Of a stretch of 64,000 nucleotides of DNA, positions 41,471 through 54,100 are shown one piece after another (within the stretch, counting starts at the first letter, position 1; each line of letters opens with the position of its first letter). The notes under the pieces were generated by a model. That model ran no database searches, had not been told where the DNA came from, and worked only from the letters and a program-made list of their open reading frames with translations. Source of the DNA: the human T2T-CHM13v2.0 reference genome, Homo sapiens; assembly GCF_009914755.1 (NCBI RefSeq), contig NC_060937.1; one strand, given 5' to 3'. The translations under genes and the position numbers were made by a program.

Positions 41471-41602
41471 TACAAAAATTACCCAGACGTGGTGGCAGGC
41501 AACTGTAATCCCAGCTACACCCTGGAGGCGGAGGTTACAGTGAGCTGAGATCACACCATTGCACTCCAGCCTGGGCAACAAGAGCAAAACCTCGAAAAAA
41601 AA
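41471..41602 (+). mobile_element. 5'-truncated Alu (right arm) with internal deletion
   Basis: tacaaaaattacccagacgtggtggcaggcaactgtaatcccagctac|accctggaggcggaggttacagtgagc..polyA; flanked by duplicated tcctattttta. Confidence 0.85.
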
Positions 41603-41957
41603 ATCCTATTTTTACTTAAGAGTGCATGTGTTTTATATGTGTGTATGTATTCATCTTGTTCTCGATGAGAAAACATATTGGAACTTATATCAGTTCATGT
41701 TTTCCCTGCTGAAATATAGTTGAAGTTAGTTTATTCTCTACTGAAAAGGAAAATAATGCTTAACATAAAAGCATAGATCAATTTAAGTATCAGTGCATCA
41801 CAACCAAGACCACACTGAAAGAAAATATCTGAATACACATATTTTTTATTATTAAGGTATTTTATGTTTATTTAATACATTTTCAAATGATTAAAGTATA
41901 CGAAGTAGAAAACTCATATGCTTTAATGACTTAGTCAAGTTCCCCACATACATCCTT

Positions 41958-42100
41958 CGCTGGCTGCCTGGGGTCAAACCCTTCCTCTACAAATTGTGAT
42001 CTTTGTGACCTCTGGCAAGTTACGGAACTTCTGTGCCCCTCCTGTACAATGGGGAGAAAAATGGAATCTGGCTGTTGCCAGGAGATGAGGATGGAAGCAT
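41958..42100 (+). mobile_element. MIR fragment
   Basis: ctgcctggggtcaaaccc..tgtgacctctggcaagtta..acttctgtgccc..ctgtacaatgggga. Confidence 0.6.
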
Positions 42101-42479
42101 CTCTTTTGCCCCATACACAGATTATCTCCTCATCCCACCTCGAATTCCGCCTGCAGAGCTGAGACGATGGCCATGAATGCTGCCACAATCCCACCTCACG
42201 TGTGCACCTCGTAGTCACTACTTTTCCTCCAGACATTTTCTCAAGCCAGAAGAATGAGCACAGCCCACATCTGAAGCAGCCTGAGAGGCTGGGCCTGCAG
42301 GGGAGATACCGGCCCTATGGAAGGCAGTTGGTGGGCAAAAGTCCGGTTTCTACGCTTTGAGGGGACACCTGTGGGGCACCCTGAGGCCCAGCCCTGCTGG
42401 GTGAGTATGGCCTGGCTGTGTGTCTTCACAGCTCCTATCACGACTTCAAATTATCTTCCACATTTGTCTCCAGGTGACT

Positions 42480-42860
42480 AATTACTGAGGTGAGGCCTGC
42501 AGTAGTCAGAAGAATTTCCTCCTAATTTTGTTATGAATGTGTGTGCGTATTATATAGCAAATATCTTTGTTTTCTTCCCTCTCTTATCCTGTTATGTAAC
42601 ATAAGATGTATTTAGGTTATAAGATTGTATTCAAGAATTGTGAATTTTACATCATAGAATCTAAGTTGAAAATATCAGAAGAAGAGTAAACCTCACTCAA
42701 GGCCTTTATTTCCTTTTCTGGGGAAGAGATTGTGTGTTTTCAGTTGTATGTGGGATTAGCTGTATCACGTTAGGTGGAATGGTGACCTTGGTATCTTCTT
42801 TATTTGAGGATAAAGTGTGGTTTTAAGGAAACCCATCAGTGCCAAGGTGACAACGGGTGA
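42480..42860 (+). mobile_element. ERVL internal sequence, 3' end up to the polypurine-tract region
   Basis: aaatatcagaagaagagtaaac..tgtatcacgttaggtggaat..tttatttgaggataaagtgtggttttaagga..gtgccaaggtgacaacgggtga, directly abutting an MLT2 LTR. Confidence 0.7.
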
Positions 42861-43535
42861 CGTGATGGTGAATTTTACGTGTCAACTTGATGAGGACACA
42901 GGGTGTCCAGATATTTGGTCAGACATTCTGGGTGTGTCTGGGGGGTGTTTCTGGTTGAGATTAATATTTTAATTGTCAGACTGAGTAAAGCAGACTGCCC
43001 TCCCTAATGGGGGTGGGCCTCATCCACCCACGAGAAACCTGGAATAGAATGAAAGGGCCGTCCCTCCTCTGAGAAACGGGGGACTCTGCTGGCTGATGGC
43101 CCCCACCTGGAATGCTGGCTCTTCCTGCCCAGCTGCCTTCAAGCTGGGACATTAGCTTTCTGCTGCCTTCAGACTCTAACTGGAACATCTCTTCCTGGGT
43201 CTCCAGCCTGCTGGCCTTTGGACTGGAGCTACACCATCAGCTCTCGGAGGTCTCCACTCGCCAACTCACCCTGCAGATCACGGAACTTGTCAGCCTCCAT
43301 AACTGCAGGAGCCAATGCCTTATAATAAAATCTCTTTCTCTTGTCTTTTCTCTTTCTCTCTCTCTAGATAGATAGATGTATGAAACAAGGAAGCAGAAAA
43401 GAAAGAATGATAGAAGATAGACGATAAATAGATAGATAGATGGAAAAAGGAGGAAGAAAAAAAAGGGAGGAAAGAAAGAAAACAAAGAACTGGTATCCCA
43501 TTGTTTCTGTTTCTCTGGAGAAACCCAGTGAACAC
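42861..43535 (+). mobile_element. MLT2 (ERVL) 3' LTR, MLT2B-like, with internal (TC)n/(TAGA)n/GA expansion
   Basis: gtgatggtgaattttacgtgtcaacttga..gggtgtccagatatttggtcagacatt..gactgagtaaagcagactgccctccctaatg..cagcctccataactgcaggagccaatgccttataataaa..tctgtttctctggagaaacccagtgaacaca. Confidence 0.9.
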
Positions 43536-43705
43536 AGATTGTGATCCCTCATTAGAATCTAAGTACCAGGAGAACAGAAACCTTGTCTTTCGTGATCATA
43601 ATCCTATAAACAACAAAAAAAATTAACACCTGGGTCATTAGCTCAGAGGAATCCAAGATGGAAATGGCCAGAGGATGGAACAGGTTGTTTTCCCAGATGA
43701 AGCCT

Positions 43706-45197
43706 CCAGGTAAGCATGGACCACTCCTTCAGGATGCAGCCAGGTAAGCGTGGACAATTCCTTCAGGATAGAGGCTGGTAAGTATGAACCATTCCTCCAC
43801 GGTGTAGCCAGGTAAGCAGGAAGCATTCCTTCAGGATGCAGCCAGGTAAGTATGAAACATTCCTTCAGGATGCAGCTAGGTAAACATGGATCATTTCTTC
43901 AGGATGGAGCCGGATAAATGTGAATCATTTCTTCAGGATGCAGCCAGGGAAGTGTGGACAATTCCTTCAGTGTAAAGCCAGGGAAGCGAGGGCCATTATT
44001 ACTTCAGGATGGAGCCAGGTATGCATAGACCATTCCCTCAGGATGGAGCCAAGTAAGCATGGACAATTCCTTCAGGATGCAGCCAGGTAAGCACAGACCT
44101 TTCCTTTAGGGTGCAGCCAGGAAACTGTGGACCATTTCTTCAGGATGGAGCCAGGTAAGCGTGAAACATTTCTTCAGGATGCAGCCAAGTAAGCACAGAC
44201 CTTTGCGTTAGGGTGCAGCCAGGTAACTGTGGACCATTTCTTCAGGATGCAGCCAGGTAAGCATGAACCTTTCTTCTGAATGGATCATTTCTTCTGGATG
44301 GAGCCAGCTAAGCATGGACCATTCCCTTAGGATAAAGCCAGGTAAGTTTGGACCATTTTCTCAGAATGCAGCCAGGTAACCAAGGACCACTCGTTCAGGA
44401 TACAGCCAGGTAAGTGTGGATCATTCCTTCAGGATGCAGCCAGGTAAGCATGGATCAATCCTTCAGGATGCGGCCAGGTAAGCGTGGAACATTCCTTCAG
44501 ATGGAGCAAGGTAAGCATGGACCATTTTTTCAAGATAAAGCCAGGTAAGCATGGATCATTCCTTCCAAATGGAGCCAGGTAAGTATGGGCCATTCATTCA
44601 GGGTGAAGTGAGATAAGTATGGGCCATTCATTCAACATGGAGCCAGGTAAGCATGGACCATTACTTTAGGGTACATACAGGTAAATATGAGCCAGTATTT
44701 CAGGATGGAGCCAGGTAAGTGTGAATGTTTCATTAAGGAGGGAGCCAGGTAAGCATGGGACATTCCTTCAGAATAGAGCCAGGTAAGCATGGACCATTCC
44801 TTCTGGATGCAGCCAGGTAAACATAAAACAATTTTTCAGGATGGAGCCAGGTAACCCTGGACCATTTCCTCAGGATGCAGACAGGTAAGCATGAACCATT
44901 CCTTGAGGATGCAGATATAAAAGTGTGGACCATACCTTCAGAATGGAGCAAGGTAAGTGTAGACCATTTGATCAGGATGCAGCCAGGTAAGCAGGGACCA
45001 TTCTTCAGCATGCAGGTAGGTAAGTATGAACCATTTCTTTAGGATGCTGCCAGGGTAGCATGGATCATTCCGTCAGGATGCAGCCATGTAGGCATGGATC
45101 ATTCCCTCAAAATGGAGCCAGGTAAGCACTGACCATTCCTTCAAGATTCAGTGAGTTAAGTGTGGGTCATTCCCTCAGGATGCAGCCAGGTAATCAG
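43706..45197 (+). repeat. Diverged monomeric edge of the 34-bp satellite
   Basis: Units around GGACCATTCCTTCAGGATGCAGCCAGGTAAGCAT with many private substitutions and some indels; no trimer periodicity. Confidence 0.9.
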
Positions 45198-48100
45198 GGA
45201 CCATTCCTTCAGAATACAGCCAGGTAAGCAAGGAGTGTTTCCTCAGGATGGGCCCAGGTAAGCATGGACCATTCCTTCAGGATGGAGCCAGTTAAGTGTG
45301 GACCATTCCTTCAGACTACAGCCAGGTAAGCATGGACTGTTTCTTCAGGATGGGCCCAGGTAAGCATGGACCATTCCATCAGGATGGAGTCAGGTAAGTG
45401 TGGACCATTACTTCAGGATGGAGCCAGGTAAGTGTGGACCATTCCTTCAGAATACAGCCAAGTAAGCATGGACTGTTTCTTCAGGATGGGCCCAGGTAAA
45501 CATGGACCATTCCTTCAGGATGGAGTCAGATAAGTGTGGACCATTCCTTCAGGATGGAGCAAGGTAAGCATGGACTGTTTCTTCAGGATGGGCCCAGGTA
45601 AGCATAGACCATTCCTTCAGGATAGAGCCAGGTAAGTGTGGACCATTCCTTCAGAATACAGCCAGGTAAGCATGGACTGTTTCTTCAGGATGGGCCCAGG
45701 TAAGCATGGACCATTCCTTCAGAGTGGAGTCAGGTCAGTGTGGACCATTCCTTCAGGATGGAGCCAGGTAAGTGTGGAACATTTCTTCAGAATACGGCCA
45801 GGTAAGCATGGACTGTTTCTTCAGGATGGGCCCAGGTAAGCATGGACCATTCCTTCAGGATGGAGTCAGGTAAGTATGGACCATTCCTTCAGAATGCAGC
45901 AAGGTAAGCATGGACTGTTTCTTCAGGATGGGACCAGGTAAGCATGGACCATTCCTTCAGGATGCAGTCAGGTAAGTGTGGACCACTCCATCAGGATGCA
46001 GCAAGGTAAGCATGGACTGCTTCTTCAGGATGGGCCCAGGTAAGCATGGACTATTCCTTGAGGATGGAGCCAGGTAATCAGTGACCATTGCTTCAGAATA
46101 CAGCCAGGTAAGCATGGACTGTTCCTTCAGGATGGGCCCAGGTAAGCATGGACCATTCCTTCAGGATGGAGCCAGGTAAGTGTGGACCATTCCTTCAGAA
46201 TACAGTCAGGTAAGCATGGACTGTTTCTTCAGGATGGGCCCAGGTAAACATGGACCATTTCTTCAGGATGGAGACAGGAAAGTGAGGATCATGCCTTCAA
46301 AATACAGGCAGGTAAGCATGTACTGTTTCTTCAGGATGGGCCCAGGTAAGCATGGACCATTCCTTCAGGATGGAGCCAGGTAAGTGTGGACCATTCCTTC
46401 AGAATACAGCGAGGTAAGCATGGACTGTTTCTTCAGGATGGGACCAGGTAAGCATGGACCATTCCTTCAGGATGCAGTCACGTAAGTGTGGACCATTCCT
46501 TCAGGATGGAATCAGGTAAGCAAGGACCATTCCTTCAGAATACAGCCAGGTAAGCATGAACTGTTTCTTCAGGATGGGCCCAGGTAAGAATGGACCATTC
46601 CTTCAGGATGGAGCCAGGTAAGTGTGGACCATTCCTTCAGAATACAGCCAGGTATGCATGGACTCTTTCTTCAGGATGGGCCCAGGTAACCATGGACCAT
46701 TCCTTCAGGATAGAGCCAGGTAAGTGTGGAACATTCCTTCAGAATACGGCCAGGTAAGCATGGACTGTATCTTCAGGATGGGCCCAGGTAAGAATGGACC
46801 ATTCCTTCAGGATGGAGCCAGGTAAGTGTGGACCATTCCTTCAGAATACAGCCAGGTATGCATGGACTCTTTCTTCAGGATTGGCCCAGGTAACCATGGA
46901 CCATTCCTTCAGGATAGAGCCAGGTAAGTGTGGAACATTCCTTCAGAACACGGCCAGGTAAGCATGGACTGTATCTTCAGGATGGGCCCAGGTAAGCATG
47001 GACCATTCCTTCAGAGTGGAGTCAGGTAAGTGTGGACCATTCCTTCAGGATGGAGCAAGGTAAGCATGGACAGTTTCTTCAGGATGGGCCCAGGTAAGCA
47101 TGGACCATCCCTTCAGGATGGAGCCAGGTAAGCGTGCACCATTCCTTCAGAATACAGCCAGGTAACCATGGACTGTTTCTTCACGATGGGCCCAGGTAAG
47201 CATGGACCATTCCTTCAGGATGCAGCCAGGTAAGTGTGGACCATTTCTTCAGAATACAGGCAGGTAAGCATGGAGTGTTTCTTCAGGATGGGCCCAGGTA
47301 AGCATGGACCATTCCTTCAGGATGGAGTCACGTAATTGTGGACCATTCCTTCAGAATACAGCCAGGTAAGCATGGACTGTTTCTTCAGGATGGGCCCAGG
47401 TAAGCATGGACCATTCCTTCAGGATGGAGTCACATAAGTGTGGGCCATTCCTTCAGGATGGAATCAGGTAAGCAGGGACCAATCCTTCAGGATGGAGCAA
47501 GGTAAGCATGGACTGTTTCTTCAGGATGGGCCCAGGTAAGCATGGACCATTCCTTCAGGATGGAGCCAGGTAAGTGTGGACCATTCCTTCAGAATACAGC
47601 CAGGTAAGCATGGACTGTTTCTTCAGGATGGGCCCAGGTAAGCATGGACCAGTCCTGCAGGATGGAGCCAGGTAAGTGTGGACCATTTCTTCAGAATACA
47701 GCCAGGTAAGCATGGACTGTTGCCTCAAGATGGGCCCAGGTAAGCATGGACCATTCCTTCAGGATGGAGTCACGTAAGTGTGGACCATTCCTTCAAGATG
47801 GAATCAGGTAAGCAGGGACCATTCCTTCAGAATACAGCCAGGTAAGCATGGACTGTTTCTTCAGGATGAGCCCAGGTCAGCATGGACCATTCCTTCAGGG
47901 TGGATTCAGGGAAGTGTGGACCCTTCCTTCAGGATGGAGCCAGGTAAGTGTGGACCATTTCTTCATAATACAGCCACGTAAGCATGGACTGTTTCTTCAG
48001 GATGGGCCCAGGTAAGCATGGACCATTCCTTCAGGATGGAGTCAGGTAAGTATGGACCATTCCTTCAGAATGCAACAAGGTAAGCATGGACTGTTTCTTC

Positions 48101-51100
48101 AGGACGGGCCCAGTTAAGCATGGACCATTCCTTCAGGATGGAGTCAGGTAAGTGTGGACCACTCCATCAGGATGCAGCAAGGTAAGCATTGACTGCTTCT
48201 TCAGGATGGGCCCAGGTAAGCATGGACTATTCCTTGAGGATGGAGCCAGGTAATCACTGACCATTCCTTCAGAATACAGCCAGTTAAGCATGGACTGTTT
48301 CTTCAGGATGGGCCCAGGTAAGCATGGACCATTCCTTCAGGATGGAGCCAGGTAAGTGTTGACCATTCCTTCAGAATACAGCCAGGTAAGCATGGACTGT
48401 TTCTTCAGGATGGGCCCAGGTAAGCATGGACCAGTCCTGCAGGATGGAGCCAGGTAAGTGTGGACCAATTCTTCAGAATACAGCCAGGTAAGCATGGACT
48501 GTTTCCTCAAGATGGGCCCAGGTAAGCATGGACCAATCCTTCAAGATGGAGTCACGTAAGTGTGGACCATTCCTTCAGGATGGAATCAGGTAAGCAGGGA
48601 CCATTCCTTCACAATGCAGCCAGGTAAGCATGCACTGTTTCTTCAGGATGGGCCCAGTTAAGCATGGACCATTCCTTCAGGATGGAGTCAGGTAAGTGTG
48701 GACCATTCCTTCAGGATGGGCTCAGGTAAGCATGGACCATTCCTTCAGGATGAAGTCAGGTAAGTGTGGACCATTCCTTCAGAATACAGCCAGGTAAGCA
48801 TGGACTGTTTCTTCATGATGGGCCCAGGTAACCATGGACCATTCCTTCACGATAGAGCCAGGTAAGTGTGGACCATTCCTTCAGAATACAGCCAGGTAAG
48901 AATGGACTGTTTCTTCAGGATGGGCCCAGGTAAGCATGGACCATTCCTTCAGAGTGGAGTCAGGTAAGTGTGGACCATTCCTTCAGGATGGAGCAAGGTA
49001 AGCATGGACTGTTTCTTCAGGATGGGCCCAGGTAAGCATGGACCATTCCTTCAGCATGGAGCCAGGTAAGTGTGGACCATTCCATCAGAATACAGCCAGG
49101 TAAGCATGGAGTGTTTCTTCAGGATGGGCCCAGGTAAGCATGGACCATTCCTTCAGGATGGAGCCAGGTAAGTGTGGACCATTTCTTCAGAATACAGCCA
49201 GGTAAGCATGGACTATTTCTTCAGGATGGGCCCAGGTAAGCATGGACCATTCCTTCAGGGTGGAGTCAGGTAAGTGTGGACCATTCCTTCAGGATGGAGC
49301 AAGGTAAGCATGGACTGTTTCTTCAGGATGGGCCCAGGTAAGCATGGACCATTCCTGCAGGATGGAGCCAGGTAAGTGTGGACCATTTCTTCAGAATACA
49401 GCCAGGTAAACATGGAGTGTTTCTTCAGGATGGGCCCAGGTAAGCATGGACCATTCCTTCAGGATGCAGTCAGGTATTTGTGGACCATTCCTTCAGAATG
49501 GAGCAAGGTAAGCATGGACTGTTTCTTCAGGATGGGCCCAGGTAAGCATGGACCATTCCTTCAGGTTGGAGCCAGGGAAATGTGGACCATTCCTTCAGAA
49601 TACAGCCAGGTAAGCATGGACTGTTTCTTCAGGATGGGCCCAGGTAAACATGGACCATACCTTCAGGATGGAGACAGGAAAGTGTGGATCATTCCTTCAG
49701 AATACAGCCAGGTAAGCATGGACTGTTTCTTCAGGATGGGCCCAGGTAAGCATGGACCATTCCTTCAGGATGGAGCAAGTAAGTGTGGACCATTCCTTCA
49801 GAATACAACCAGGTAAGCATGGACTGTTTCTTCAGGATGGGCCCATGTTAGCATGGACCATTCCTTCAGGATGGATTCAGGTAAGTATGGACCATTCCTT
49901 CAGAATGGAGCAAGGTAAGCATGGACTCTTTCTTCAGGATGGGCCCAGGTAAGCATGGACCATTCCTTCAGGATGGAGCCAGGTAAGTGTGGACCATTCC
50001 TTCAGAATACAGCCAGGTAACCATGGACTGTTTCTTCAGGATGGGCCCAGGTAAGCATGGACCATTCCTTCAGAATGGAGCCAGGTGAGTGTGGACCATT
50101 CCTTCAGAATACAGCCAGGTAAGCATGGACTGTTTCTTCAAGATGGGCCCAGGTAAGCACGGACCATTCCTTCAGGATGGAGCCAGGTAAGTGTGGACCA
50201 TTTCTTCAGAATACAGCCAGGTAAGCATGGACTGTTTCTTCAGGATGGGCCCAGGTAAGCATGGACCATTCCTTCAGGATGGAGTCACGTAAGTGTGGAC
50301 CATTCCTTCAGGATGGAATCAGGTAAGCAGGGACCATTCCTTCAGAATACAGCCAGGTAAGCATGCACTGTTTCTTCAGGATGGGCCCAGTTAATCATGG
50401 ACCATTCCTTCAGGATGGAGTCAGGTAAGTGGGGACCATTCCTTCAGGATGGATCAAGGTAAGCATGGACTGTTTCTTCAGGATGGGCCCAGGTAAGCAT
50501 GGACCATTCCTTCAGGATGGAGCCAGGTAAGTGTGGACCATTCCTTCAGAATACAGCCAGGTAAGCATGGACTGTTTCTTCAGGATGGGCCCAGGTAAGC
50601 ATGGACCATTCCTTCAGGATAGAGCCAGGTAAGTGTGGACCATTCCTTCAGAATACAGTCAGGTAAGCATGGAGTGTTTCTTCAGGATGGGCCCAGGTAA
50701 GCATGGACCATTCCTTCAGAGTGGAGTCAGGTAAGTGTGGACCATTCCTTCAGGATGGAGCAAGGTAAGCATGGACTGTTTCTTCAGGATGGGCCCAGGT
50801 AAGCATGGACCATTCCTTCAGGATGGAGCCAGGTAAGTGTGGACCATTCCTTCGGAATACTGCCAGGTAAGCATGGAGTGTTTCTTCAGGATGGGCCCAG
50901 GTAAGCATGGACCATTCCTTCAGGAGGGAGCCAGGTAAGTGTGGACCATTCCTTCAGAATACAGTCGGGTAAGCATGGAGTGTTTCTTCAGGACGGGCCC
51001 AGGTAAGCATGGAACATTCCTTCAGGATGGAGTCAGGTAATTGTGGACCATTCCTTCAGAATACAGCGAGGTAAGCATGGACTGTTTCTTCAGGATGGGC

Positions 51101-54100
51101 CCAGGTAAGCATGGACCATTCCTTCAGGATGGAGTCACATAAGTGTGGACCATTCCTTCACGATGGAATCAGGTAGGCAGGGACCATTCCTTCAGAATAC
51201 AGCCAGGTAAGCATGGACTGTTTCTTCAGGATGGGCCCAGGTAAGCAAGGACCATTCCTTCAGGATGGAGCCAGGTAAATGTGGACCATTCCTTCAGGAT
51301 GGAGCAAGGTAAGCATGGACTGTTTCTTCAGGATGGGCCCATGTAAGCATGGACCATTCCTTCAGGATGGATTCAGGTAAGTATGGACCATTCCTTCAGA
51401 ATGGAGCAAGGTAAGCATGGACTCTTTCTTCAGGATGGGCCCAGGTAAGCATGGACCATTCCTTCAGGATGGAGCCAGGTAAGTGTGGACCATTCCTTCA
51501 GAATACAGCCAGGTAACCATGGATTGTTTCTTCAGGATGGGCCCAGGTAAGCATGGACCATTCCTTCAGAATGGAGCCAGGTAAGTGTGGACCATTCCTT
51601 CAGAATACAGCCAGGTAAGCATGGACTGTTTCTTCAGGATGGGCCCAGGTAAGCATGGACCATTCCTTCAGGATGGAGTCACGTAAGTGTGGACCATTCC
51701 TTCAGGATGGAATCAGGTAAGCAGGGACCATTCCTTCAGAATGCAGCCAGGTAAGCATGCACTGTTTCTTCAGGATGGGCCCAGTTAATCATGGACCATT
51801 CCTTCAGGATGGAGTCACGTAAGTGGGGACCATTCCTTCAGGATGGATCAAGGTAAGCATGGACTGTTTCTTCAGGATGGGCCCAGGTAAACATGGACCA
51901 TTCCTTCAGGATGGAGCCAGGTAAGTGTGGACCATTCCTTCAGAATACAGCCAGGTAAGCATGGACTGTTTCTTCAGGATGGGCCCAGGTAAGCAGGGAC
52001 CATTCCTTCAGGATAGAGCCAGGTAAGTGTGGACCATTCCTTCAGAATACAGTCAGGTAAGCATGGAGTGTTTCTTCAGGATGGGCCCAGGTAAGCATGG
52101 ACCATTCCTTCAGAGTGGAGTCAGGTAAGTGTGGACCATTCCTTCAGGATGGAGCAAGGTAAGCATGGACTGTTTCTTCAGGATGGGCCCAGGTAAGCAT
52201 GGACCATTCCTTCAGGATGGAGCCAGGTAAGTGTGGACCATTCCTTCGGAATACTGCCAGGTAAGCATGGAGTGTTTCTTCAGGATGGGCCCAGGTAAGC
52301 ATGGACCATTCCTTCAGAAGGGAGCCAGGTAAGTGTGGACCATTCCTTCGGAATACAGCCAGGTAAGCATGGAGTGTTTCTTCAGGATGGGCCCAGGTAA
52401 GCATGGAACATTCCTTCAGGATGGAGTCAGGTAATTGTGGACCATTCCCTCAGAATACAGCCAGGTAAGCATGGACTGTTTCTTCAGGATGGGCCCAGGT
52501 AAGCATGGACCATTCCTTCAGGATGGAGTCACATAAGTGTGGACCATTCCTTCACGATGGAATCAGGTAGGCAGGGACCATTCCTTCAGAATACAGCCAG
52601 GTAAGCATGGACTGTTTCTTCAGGATGGGCCCAGGTAAGCAAGGACCATTCCTTCAGGATGGAGCCAGGTAAATGTGGACCATTCCTTCAGGATGGAGCA
52701 AGGTAAGCATGGACTGTTTCTTCAGGATGGGCCCATGTAAGCATGTACCATTCCTTCAGGATGGATTCAGGTAAGTATGGACCATTCCTTCAGAATGGAG
52801 CAAGGTAAGCATGGACTCATTCTTCAGGATGGGCCCAGGTAAGCATGGACCATTCCTTCAGGATGGAGCCAGGTAAGTGTGGACCATTCCTTCAGAATAC
52901 AGCCAGGTAACCATGGAGTGTTTCTTCAGGATGGGCCCAGGTAAGCATGGACCATTCCTTCAGAATGGAGCCAGGTAAGTGTGGACCATTCCTTCAGAAT
53001 ACAGCCAGGTAAGCATGGACTGTTTCTTCAAGATGGGCCCAGGTAAGCACGGACCATTCCTTCAGGATGGAGCCAGGTAAGTGTGGACCATTTCTTCAGA
53101 ATACAGCCAGGTAAGCATGGACTGTTTCTTCAGGATGGGCCCAGGTAAACATGGACCATTCCTTCAGAGTGGAGTCAGGTAAGTGTGGACCATTCCTTCA
53201 GGATGGAGCAAGGTAAGCATGGACTGTTTCTTCAGGATGGGCCCAGGTAAGCATGGACCATTCCTTCAGGATGGAGCCAGGTAAGTGTGGACCATTCCTT
53301 CAGAATACAGCCAGGTAAGCATGGACTGTTTCTTCAGGATGGGCCCAGGTAAGCATGGACCATTCCTTCAGGATGGAGCCAGGTAAGTGTGGACCATTTC
53401 TTCAGAATACAGCCAGGTAAGCATGGACTGTTTCTTCAGGATGGGCCCAGGTAAGCATGGACCATTCCTTCAGGATGGAGTCACGTAAGTGTGGACCATT
53501 CCTTCAGGATGGAATCAGGTAAGCAGGGACCATTCCTTCAGAATACAGCCAGGTAAGCATGCACTGTTTCTTCAGGATGGGCCCAGTTAATCATGGACCA
53601 TTCCTTCAGGATGGAGTCAGGTAAGTGGGGACCATTCCTTCAGGATGGATAACGGTAACCATGGACTGTTTCTTCAGGATGGGCCCAGGTAAGCATGGAC
53701 CATTCCTTCAGGATGGAGCCAGGTAAGTGTGGACCATTCCTTCGGAATACTGCCAGTTAAGCATGGAGTGTTTCTTCAGGATGGGCCCAGGTAAGCATGG
53801 ACCATTCCTTCAGGAGGGAGCCAGGTAAGTGTGGACCATTCCTTCGGAATACAGCCAGGTAAGCTTGGAGTGTTTCTTCAGGATGGGCCCAGGTAAGCAT
53901 GGAACATTCCTTCAGGATGGAGTCAGGTAATTGTGGACCATTCCCTCAGAATACAGCCAGGTAAGCATGGACTGTTTCTTCAGGATGGGCCCAGGTAAGC
54001 ATGGACCATTCCTTCAGGATGGAGTCACATAAGTGTGGACCATTCCTTCACGATGGAATCAGGTAGGCAGGGACCATTCCTTCAGAATACAGCCAGGTAA

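Noticed and set aside
47240-47255. STAT6-like TTC-N4-GAA sites in variant B monomers and HRE-like TACGTG in GTCACGTAAG variants
   Set aside because: Short motifs created by single substitutions in a minority of units, with nothing to distinguish them from chance.
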